Source of the DNA: Pseudomonadota bacterium
GTDB taxonomy: Bacteria > Bdellovibrionota_B > Oligoflexia > Oligoflexales > CAIYRB01
Length of the DNA stretch: 64,000 nucleotides
Direction of reading: 5' to 3'
Assembly (NCBI GenBank): GCA_026390445.1
Contig: JAPLFX010000121.1
Coordinates: 4,175 to 68,174, forward strand
The position numbers and the translations under genes are program-made. The notes beneath the pieces were generated by a model, which saw only the letters and a list, made by a program, of their open reading frames with translations, was not told the origin of the DNA and searched no databases. Below are positions 56,924 through 64,000 of the stretch, piece after piece. The number at the start of each line of letters is the position of its first letter. Within the stretch, counting starts at the first letter, position 1.

Positions 56924-57206
56924 TTGCTTCCTCCGCCAGGTTCTACAGGGAGTCTATCGGTCGACAAGCTCCTTGGCCTTAGCTGGCCCAAGGCCCTGGT
57001 CCTCGCTCGCAAGAAATTCTAACATATCGAAAATTATAGCAAATCGACTGAGCATCAGCACCTTTTTTCACCGCCCTTGGGTGAAGCCAGCAAACCATGG
57101 AGGAACGACAAAGTCACTGACTTAGCGTCCCATTCCGGCTATTTTGTGCGCTTGTACCGCACCTCGTGGCCGATGCCTTTTTTTTTTGAGAAAGATCCGA
57201 TTATCT

Positions 57207-58403
57207 ATGTCCACGCCTTCTGTGTCCGGCAAATGGCAGAGCTTTGGGACCTCAATCTTTAGCGTCATGACGCAGCAGGCCAACGCCGCCGGCGCGGTCA
57301 ACCTGGCCCAAGGCTTCCCTGACTTTGACGGTCCCCAGGTGATTAAAGACGCGGCAGTTGCCGCTCTCAAGGGCGCCTACAATCAATACGCGCCATCGGC
57401 AGGTCTGCCTGAGCTGCGCCGCCTACTCGCCGCGCGCCAGGCCAGCAAGAGCGGCCTCAGCTACGACTGGGAGAGCGAAGTCACGGTGTTTTCCGGGGCC
57501 ACCGAGGCGCTTTTTTGCGCCTTGCAAGGACTGTTCGCTCCAGGCGACGAGATCATCGCCTTCGCACCGTTTTTTGATTGCTACCCGGCGGCGGCCCACT
57601 CCAGCGGCGCCAAGATCATCGGTGTCGAGTTGCGGGCCCCGGATTTTCGCTTCGATCCGGCGGAATTTAAACGCAAGATCACCCCACGGACCAAGGCGCT
57701 GCTGATCAATTCCCCGCACAATCCAACCGGCCGGGTGTTTGATGACGACGAGCGGCGCTTTCTGCGCGACATCGCCGTGGCGCATGACCTCGTGGTGATC
57801 ACCGACGAAGTCTATGAAGAACTCGTCTACGCCCCGGCGAAGCATCACACGCTGGCGGCGATGCCCGGCATGCGCGAACGCACACTGATCATTTCGTCGA
57901 CGGCCAAGACCTTTAGCTTTACCGGCTGGAAAATTGGCTACGCCTTTGGTCCCAAGGCACTGACCGACGTCCTGCGCACGGTGCATCAGTTTACCGTTTT
58001 TTGCTCGGCGACACCGCTGCAGATGGGCATGGTGGCGGCGTTGAAGTTGCAGGAGACTTACTACGACGATCTACGCCGCGGCTACCTGGAACGCCGGGAC
58101 CTTCTGGTGAAGATCTTACTGGAGCATGGCTTTAAGGCCAAGGCGCCGGAGGGCACTTACTTCGTCGTAGCAGACTATGCGCAGCGGTCACAGCTCGGCG
58201 ATTTAGACTACGCCCTCGAACTGACGACGCGGGCGAAAGTGGCGGCCATTCCAGTGTCGGTATTCTATAACGATCCTAAAGAGGCGGGACAACGCCTGCG
58301 CCTGCTGCGTTTTGCCTTTTGCAAGGGTCTGGATACCTTAAGCTCCGCAGCAGCCAATCTGCAGCTTGCAGGTGCTGCGCCAGCCGCGAAAGCCCCCATT
58401 TAG
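57207..58403 (+). CDS. class I/II pyridoxal-phosphate aminotransferase (methionine aminotransferase-like)
   Basis: Motifs NLAQGFPDF, NSPHNPTG and SSTAKTFSFTGWKIGY (PLP lysine). Start at MSTPSV (57207). Confidence 0.75.
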   Translation: MSTPSVSGKWQSFGTSIFSVMTQQANAAGAVNLAQGFPDFDGPQVIKDAAVAALKGAYNQYAPSAGLPELRRLLAARQASKSGLSYDWESEVTVFSGATEALFCALQGLFAPGDEIIAFAPFFDCYPAAAHSSGAKIIGVELRAPDFRFDPAEFKRKITPRTKALLINSPHNPTGRVFDDDERRFLRDIAVAHDLVVITDEVYEELVYAPAKHHTLAAMPGMRERTLIISSTAKTFSFTGWKIGYAFGPKALTDVLRTVHQFTVFCSATPLQMGMVAALKLQETYYDDLRRGYLERRDLLVKILLEHGFKAKAPEGTYFVVADYAQRSQLGDLDYALELTTRAKVAAIPVSVFYNDPKEAGQRLRLLRFAFCKGLDTLSSAAANLQLAGAAPAAKAPI

Positions 58404-58428
58404 ACGGCGAGTTCCCCATCTGCGGCGG

Positions 58429-59328
58429 CTACTTAGCGCTGCACTCGGTCAACGGCAGATGGACCCACCCTTCGGATGCAACGTATTCTTTAGGCCTGGT
58501 CGTCGTCATACCGGCACTATGAAACGCCGCGACCAGGGCGGTGACAAAGGAATGAAAGGTTTCCACGGTGCTGATCGCTTGCGCCTCCAAAACCTGCTCT
58601 TCGGCGCCTTGCGCCACAGCTAACCAACCTTTGCTTTGTAAGGCGGTCAGCACGGCCCGTCGGTGTTCCCCGCCGTCCTCAAAGCGCTTGTAGGACTGGC
58701 GGATCCCCGGCGTCAGGCCTAGGCTCAGGCGCAACGCTTCCAGGGCATGCGGCACTTGGGTTTCATGCAGGTCGATGACGGGCACCAGGGCCTTGAGGCG
58801 CCGTTGCAAGGTCATAGCCCTGGTCACCAGTGGCGCTAGGTTTGCGCTGTAGGATGGCTCCAAGCGCTCTTCCACCACCTCGGTCAGCTGCATCACATCC
58901 CATAGGCGTTGGCTCTGAGGGTTTACCGGGCGCGCCCGGCGCGCGCCGCGACGGCGGACCTTGTCGCTGATTGCCAGCATATAGGCGACGGCAACGTCTT
59001 CGCAGTGAACCGCTCCAGGACAAGAAGGCAATTGGCAAGAGACACACGGCGGGACAGTCAAGGGGCAGTCGACGAAGACTCCGGCCAATGGCCCGGCCAA
59101 GGTCAGAATGTCCACCAGCCGCTCGTCTGAAAATAAAGTGCCAAAAGCTCCGATCTTTTCATATACTTTGGCTATCTTCAGAGGACTATGACGCGGATCA
59201 CCGCACAGCACGGTCAAGGCCGTCTTTTGGGCGTTAGGGCCTGACAGATGGATACCTGCTGAGACCGGCCGCGCCGGCGGAGAGGGATGTTTGCTGGACT
59301 GCCCGGGAAAACTCATGCGTTTACTCAT
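58429..59328 (-). CDS. hypothetical protein (Cys-cluster insert; possibly RNase H-like/DUF429-like)
   Basis: ORF 58429..59349 with start probably at MSKRMSF. Contains CPLTVPPCVSCQLPSCPG. The family assignment is only a weak by-eye impression. Confidence 0.35.
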   Translation of the reverse strand: MSKRMSFPGQSSKHPSPPARPVSAGIHLSGPNAQKTALTVLCGDPRHSPLKIAKVYEKIGAFGTLFSDERLVDILTLAGPLAGVFVDCPLTVPPCVSCQLPSCPGAVHCEDVAVAYMLAISDKVRRRGARRARPVNPQSQRLWDVMQLTEVVEERLEPSYSANLAPLVTRAMTLQRRLKALVPVIDLHETQVPHALEALRLSLGLTPGIRQSYKRFEDGGEHRRAVLTALQSKGWLAVAQGAEEQVLEAQAISTVETFHSFVTALVAAFHSAGMTTTRPKEYVASEGWVHLPLTECSAK

Positions 59329-61069
59329 CGTCGCCTGCCTGGGTTGCACACTGCTGCCGCGTGTAGCGCTTAGCGCCGATGCAGCGCCTCATTATGCCGT
59401 CCAAGGTCGCACTAAATTCACGCAACAAAAATATGATGAGGCCATCGACCTCCTGCGCAAACACCTGATCCAGACACCACGGGACTACGCGATCTGGAAT
59501 TTATTGGCTGCAGCTTATTATTACACGGGTCAGCCGAGAAAAGCGCTACGATATCTAAAACACGTCGAGCGACTCACCACGGAAAAGTCATATAATTATT
59601 TCTATCAAGGCCTGTGCTACGAAGCGATCTCGCCCGCCACGTTCGACGTTTCGACCGGCGAAGAATTAGCTAAGGCGCGTGAATACTTTACCTTTGCCGC
59701 GCAACGCTACAGCGACGAGTATGCGGCTCGGGCCGCCTATGAAGTCGGCGTTTTGGAATACAATGCCAAGAATAAACCGCGCGCTCAGTATTGGTTGAGC
59801 TTCTACCTCCAGCATTACCCGCACGGGGTTTACGGTATGCCCGCGAGCAGACTCCTGCAGAGTCTTAGGGACGGTTACTGGTTTGAACATGTGGCCGGAA
59901 CAAAAAAGCCAGACATGGAAGACGCTCTATTCAGGTACAACCCGATCTCCCTGTCCCCTACCCCGCACTATTGGTTTGTCCAAGGTGGCTTCCAAGGGCT
60001 CATCGATAGCGCTCAGGAACCTAAACCAGCTGGCAAGGTTGGGTCCACGCAAAACAATGACTATGCCATCCTGGCCAACGCTGGCCTCGGTATCGGTCCG
60101 TGGCATCAGGAAGACACGACCTTTTTTGCCGGTTATACCTACCGCCAGATCTGGCACACCGATGACGATCGACTGACGGAATATGCAGGCGCCCCCTCCA
60201 AGCTCGCCTACTTTCCCTTTCGCGCCGACCAACTCGAACGCAAGCATCAGTTCTATGGTGACTTTCGCCGTGACGTCAGCGGACTGTTCTACTTCGGGGC
60301 CTTTGGTCGGTATGAGTTCAGCCGCATCGGTGCCGACCAGTACTTTCCGAGTCCAGAGATCAAGGAGCTGCAAAAGAGCCTCAAGATCGCCGATACCCAG
60401 TTGCTGATTCCGTGGATCGGCACCTCGTACCTCGAGCACTACCGAACGCTGTTCTACGTCTATATGCGCAAGGAGATCAATTTCGAAACCCCAGGCTTCT
60501 CCAACAAGAGTTACGACTTCGGCCTGAGCGGCGGGACTCCCGTCGCCAGCTTCGGCATCAGCCATGCGATGGACTTTCCGCAGCTCAATCTGGGCATCGA
60601 CTTAGAGTTATTCCAATATGAGTTCATCTATAACGACAACTGGCTCGACTATAAGCGCCAAGGTGCGTTCCTGTCGACGGAGGTCGAGTTCCTGCCACGC
60701 TGGTACTTCAATGGCATCGCTGGATACTACCGCGATCAATACGCGCTACCGCGCCTCAAGAGCGCCAGCTGCAGCGGCAACCAAGGCGAATCCGGTAGCT
60801 CCGCCGCCGCCAATGCCCCGCCGTTGCAGTGTCCGCGCGTCGATAGTGGCCTGCTTTTCGAGGCTATCCTATACTGGAACTACTCACAGTTTCAGCGTTA
60901 CCAGATCATGTTCCAATACGTCGATAACTCCAATCCGACGCAGAAGGAATTCCAAGAGAACAAAATGACCGTTCAGTTCATGTACACGATGGCCTTTCCC
61001 AGTGTTAAACGCGTGGCTAGGTTCATCGACCGGTTCGCTGACACAGCCTTTACCAAGGTGGCTCAATAG
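59315..61069 (+). CDS. TPR plus beta-rich outer-membrane-type protein (architectural paralog of 52965..54740)
   Basis: Signal peptide MRLLIVACLGCTLLPRVALSADA, TPR-like N-terminus and a Tyr/Phe-rich beta-type C-terminal region. Confidence 0.45.
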   Translation: MRLLIVACLGCTLLPRVALSADAAPHYAVQGRTKFTQQKYDEAIDLLRKHLIQTPRDYAIWNLLAAAYYYTGQPRKALRYLKHVERLTTEKSYNYFYQGLCYEAISPATFDVSTGEELAKAREYFTFAAQRYSDEYAARAAYEVGVLEYNAKNKPRAQYWLSFYLQHYPHGVYGMPASRLLQSLRDGYWFEHVAGTKKPDMEDALFRYNPISLSPTPHYWFVQGGFQGLIDSAQEPKPAGKVGSTQNNDYAILANAGLGIGPWHQEDTTFFAGYTYRQIWHTDDDRLTEYAGAPSKLAYFPFRADQLERKHQFYGDFRRDVSGLFYFGAFGRYEFSRIGADQYFPSPEIKELQKSLKIADTQLLIPWIGTSYLEHYRTLFYVYMRKEINFETPGFSNKSYDFGLSGGTPVASFGISHAMDFPQLNLGIDLELFQYEFIYNDNWLDYKRQGAFLSTEVEFLPRWYFNGIAGYYRDQYALPRLKSASCSGNQGESGSSAAANAPPLQCPRVDSGLLFEAILYWNYSQFQRYQIMFQYVDNSNPTQKEFQENKMTVQFMYTMAFPSVKRVARFIDRFADTAFTKVAQ

Positions 61070-61070
61070 C

Positions 61071-61664
61071 ATGCCCATCGACGCCAAGAATCAAAAAGTC
61101 CTAAGCGATGCCCATCACGAACGGCAGTCGGTGTTCATCTCCGGCGACGGCTTACCGATCACCTTCCAAACCTTTATCCTCGATGTGCGCGAGGATCACG
61201 TCAAGCTGAGCAATCGCATCAAGCCGCGCTTTATCAGCGCCTTTGTCGCATCGCATGCCTTTAGTCTCCAGGCTGGGATGGTTCGCTTTCAGTCCGACCA
61301 CATCAGGTCCGACGGCGAGCACATCATCTTTCCGCTGAAGGCGGACGCTGTGATCGAGGAGACACGCCAGGCCGAGCGCTTTTCCTTTGCCGCCGACGAA
61401 CGGGTCATCGCCGAAATCCTCAATCCCTTTGACGGCGAGACAAGACTGTCGAAAGCCGTCATGGATATGTCGGCGACCGGACTTTCGCTACGCACCACGT
61501 TTGAATCCAAACTCTTTCAACCGGAGACCTACCTACCGCAGATTCGTGTGCTAATCGGGGGAGAAATCTACAAACAAGGTCCGGGACGGGTCGTCTACCG
61601 TCGCAAGCTGATGGACCTCGGCGGTCTGATGCGCAATCAGGTCGGCGTCAAATTCGAGAACTAA
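61071..61664 (+). CDS. PilZ domain protein (YcgR-like two-domain)
   Basis: RQAER (RxxxR) followed about 30 aa later by DMSATG (DxSxxG). The ATG at 61071 comes right after the upstream TAG. Confidence 0.65.
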   Translation: MPIDAKNQKVLSDAHHERQSVFISGDGLPITFQTFILDVREDHVKLSNRIKPRFISAFVASHAFSLQAGMVRFQSDHIRSDGEHIIFPLKADAVIEETRQAERFSFAADERVIAEILNPFDGETRLSKAVMDMSATGLSLRTTFESKLFQPETYLPQIRVLIGGEIYKQGPGRVVYRRKLMDLGGLMRNQVGVKFEN

Positions 61665-61668
61665 CCGC

Positions 61669-63117
61669 GTGCAGTCAAAGCTTAAAAAGAACCAGCGAGT
61701 GTTCGTCAACCGGTCGCTGAACATGGGGCGTATTCGTGCCATCGGCTTCGACATGGACCACACCTTGATCTCGTACAACCGGGAGGAATTCGAGGCGCTG
61801 GCCTTTCGCGAGACCCTCGCGAAGTTTATCGCCGCTGGCTATCCCGAGGAGCTTGCGACCTTAACCTTCAACCCAAGCCTCTTGATTCGGGGGCTGCTTG
61901 TCGACATGGACCGCGGCAACCTACTCAAGGTCGACGGTCACAAGTACGTCAAGATCGCCTTTCATGGCCACGAGCGTTTAGAACGCGACGTTCGCCATAA
62001 ACTCTACAACAGCGAGAGCTTTAAAGCCGCCAGCCTGCTCTCCGTCGATACCTTCTTCGCTCTCAGCGAAGTTCAGCTGTTCACCGAAATCGTCGATTAC
62101 ATGGCCCGCAACCCGGCCAAGATTCAAAAGACCTTTCGCGAGGTCTACCAGGATCTCCGCCGCTTTATCGACCTGAGTCACGCCGATGGCTCGATCAAAA
62201 ACGTCGTTCTAGCCGACCCTGGGCGCTTTGTGCGCAAGGATAAGCAGCTTGCGGCGATGTTGATCCAGCAGATCGAGGCGGGGAAAAGCCTATTTTTGCT
62301 CACCAACTCGAGTTGGGACTACACCAATGCCTTGATGAACTTTGCCTTCGACGACAAGTCCGAGGACTTTCCGACCTGGCGCCACTACTTTGAGCATGTC
62401 CTCGTGGGAGCTGGCAAACCCGGATTTTTTGTCGGCAGCCAACCGTTCTACCAAGTGATGACCGACACTGGTCTGCTGCGCCTAGAAAACGGCGGGCTCA
62501 AGCCCCTCAGCGTCTATCAAGGCGGCAATGCGGTGTTGTTTCAAAAATTAGCCGACTACCGCGGCGACGAGATCTTGTTCGTCGGCGACCACTTGTACGG
62601 CGATATCATCCGCTCTAAGGACAGCGTCAATTGGCGCACTCTGCTGATTGTCGAAGAGCTGGGCACGGAACTGGCGAAGCTAGAGCTGCTCAAGGAATCA
62701 CTCGAACTCATCATGCAGAAGCTGCAGGACCGCGAAGAGTGTGACGAAGAGCTACAGGTCATCCGCTCGCGCAAGCGCCACCAAGCGCGCCAGGCGGAAA
62801 AGGCCAAGGCCATCGGCGAGGGCAAAAAGGCCCACTATCTGCTCAAAGAATCGGATAAACTGACTGGCCGTGAGGATGAGCTGCAACTCCAGTTGGAGCA
62901 GCTCGATCTTCAGATCAAGGCCCTACTCCAAGAGCGCGAAGCACAGGTTCACCCGGTTTGGGGCGAACTCATGAAGGTCGGCCTCGAACGCAGTCGGTTC
63001 GCCGATCAGGTCGCGGACTATGCCTGCATCTACACGAGTTCGGTGACCAACCTGCGCTTTTACAGCCCGTTCAAGCGCTTCACCTCGACCCAGGATCTCC
63101 TGCCACACGATCTGTGA
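61669..63117 (+). CDS. HAD-IG family 5'-nucleotidase (cytosolic purine 5'-nucleotidase-like)
   Basis: VFVNRSLNMGRIRAIGFDMDHTL (DxDxT HAD motif I), TNSSWDY and FVGDHLYGDI. The C-terminus is coiled-coil-like. Confidence 0.75.
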   Translation: MQSKLKKNQRVFVNRSLNMGRIRAIGFDMDHTLISYNREEFEALAFRETLAKFIAAGYPEELATLTFNPSLLIRGLLVDMDRGNLLKVDGHKYVKIAFHGHERLERDVRHKLYNSESFKAASLLSVDTFFALSEVQLFTEIVDYMARNPAKIQKTFREVYQDLRRFIDLSHADGSIKNVVLADPGRFVRKDKQLAAMLIQQIEAGKSLFLLTNSSWDYTNALMNFAFDDKSEDFPTWRHYFEHVLVGAGKPGFFVGSQPFYQVMTDTGLLRLENGGLKPLSVYQGGNAVLFQKLADYRGDEILFVGDHLYGDIIRSKDSVNWRTLLIVEELGTELAKLELLKESLELIMQKLQDREECDEELQVIRSRKRHQARQAEKAKAIGEGKKAHYLLKESDKLTGREDELQLQLEQLDLQIKALLQEREAQVHPVWGELMKVGLERSRFADQVADYACIYTSSVTNLRFYSPFKRFTSTQDLLPHDL

Positions 63118-63140
63118 CGGGTGGCTTTAGGAACGGGCGC

Positions 63141-63989
63141 TCAGGCGGCGGGAGTGACGCTTAGTTCTTTCAGGGCGGCACTCGCTTTGGTGAACTCGGG
63201 ATTGAGCTTGAGCGACTTTTCAAAGTGCTGGCGCGCTTTGTCCAAGTCCTTTTTCTTTTTGAAGGCGATGCCCAAATTATAGTGGATCGCATAAAGAAAT
63301 TTGTTTACCTTAATCTGCTCTACGGCCGCCATATACATCTTAATGGCCCCGTCAACGTCGTTATCACTAGATAATTTAGCTCCGGCGTTGTTCAAAAATT
63401 GGACCATTTCCTTTTCGTCCATACCCTGGCGCAGGCCCCCGACCAAGTCGCTGAGGTCACCGGTTTTGATCTTGACTTGAGCGGTGACGACCGCAGCGGT
63501 TTTGTTCGCGGCATCGACGGCCTGGAGTTTGCCCATGTAGTCTTTTGCTAGGTCATAGCGCTCGATGTTGAGATTGGAGAGTCCAGCATTCTCCAGCAGC
63601 CTGATGTTGTATGGATTGACATCGGCGAGCTTGTTTAGCAGAGCCGCCGCGGCATTAAAGTCGTTCTTCTTCATGAGCAGCTGTGCCAGTCGGTGCAGAG
63701 CCGTGGATGATTTGGGATTGGCGGCAAGGGCTGCTTTGTAGTGCGTATCGGCGGCGGTGAGATCATTTCGTTTCACTGCAATATCACCGAGCAAGATCAG
63801 CGCCTTCTCGAGTTTAGGCTGGACACTGAGGACTTGCATAATTTTGTCCTCCGCCATATCGACCAGATCAGCGGCAAAAGCCGACTTACCGTCTCGGTAT
63901 TTTAGCTCCACTTCTGACAGGGAATTTTCTGTGGTCATCAGGTGCTTAAACTTAGCCGCGACGGTGCCTTTGGATAGTGGTGGGACCAT
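63141..63989 (-). CDS. TPR repeat protein
   Basis: Repeated 34-aa-like A..Y..AL..NP patterns (for example HYKAALAANPKS, HFEKSLKLNPEF). Confidence 0.6.
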   Translation of the reverse strand: MVPPLSKGTVAAKFKHLMTTENSLSEVELKYRDGKSAFAADLVDMAEDKIMQVLSVQPKLEKALILLGDIAVKRNDLTAADTHYKAALAANPKSSTALHRLAQLLMKKNDFNAAAALLNKLADVNPYNIRLLENAGLSNLNIERYDLAKDYMGKLQAVDAANKTAAVVTAQVKIKTGDLSDLVGGLRQGMDEKEMVQFLNNAGAKLSSDNDVDGAIKMYMAAVEQIKVNKFLYAIHYNLGIAFKKKKDLDKARQHFEKSLKLNPEFTKASAALKELSVTPAA

Positions 63990-64000
63990 GACATAGTCGA

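Overview
High-GC, densely coding bacterial chromosome segment. The lineage cannot be named from sequence alone. The gene content (PEGA-domain Hanks kinase, PP2C, PilZ proteins, TPR plus beta-barrel outer-membrane proteins) suggests a Gram-negative, Bdellovibrionota/Myxococcota-like organism, but that is inference only. Most of the window is housekeeping: a BMP-type nucleoside/sugar ABC transporter (1.8-6.4 kb), dus, photolyase, pepA, ferredoxin, nth, maf, a KamA-family radical SAM enzyme, chorismate mutase/prephenate dehydrogenase, class II DAHP synthase, hemX-hemA-hemC-hemD, rlmN, tmk-holB-PSP1, xseA-xseB, an aminotransferase and an HAD-IG 5'-nucleotidase. Two accessory regions stand out. (1) A 9,612-bp integrated element (7553..17164) splits a host tRNA-Arg(CCU) gene inside its anticodon loop. 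The two halves lie at 17202..17165 and 7543..7507 and would join into a perfect 75-nt cloverleaf. A 9-bp CTTTCCTAA core is present at both junctions. Neither junction rebuilds a functional tRNA, but the element carries its own different, intact tRNA-Arg(CCU) 6 nt downstream of its tyrosine integrase. Its other genes are a Rep_trans-like initiator, a membrane-anchored FtsK-like P-loop ATPase, six small ORFan genes, a triple-repeat lipoprotein and a possible toxin-antitoxin pair. (2) A toxin-antitoxin/Fic islet wraps the core gene rlmN (37.3-43.1 kb): AbrB-type antitoxin plus PIN toxin, an AAA/DUF4143-type ATPase, BrnT/BrnA and a Fic protein. Other notable items are a 7TMR-DISM / class III cyclase / PilZ fusion, a heme-c lipoprotein with a 27x Ala-Pro repeat, an XseA with an extra N-terminal domain, and a 98-bp convergent nth/maf overlap. 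All functional calls rest on by-eye motif recognition; no database searches were run.
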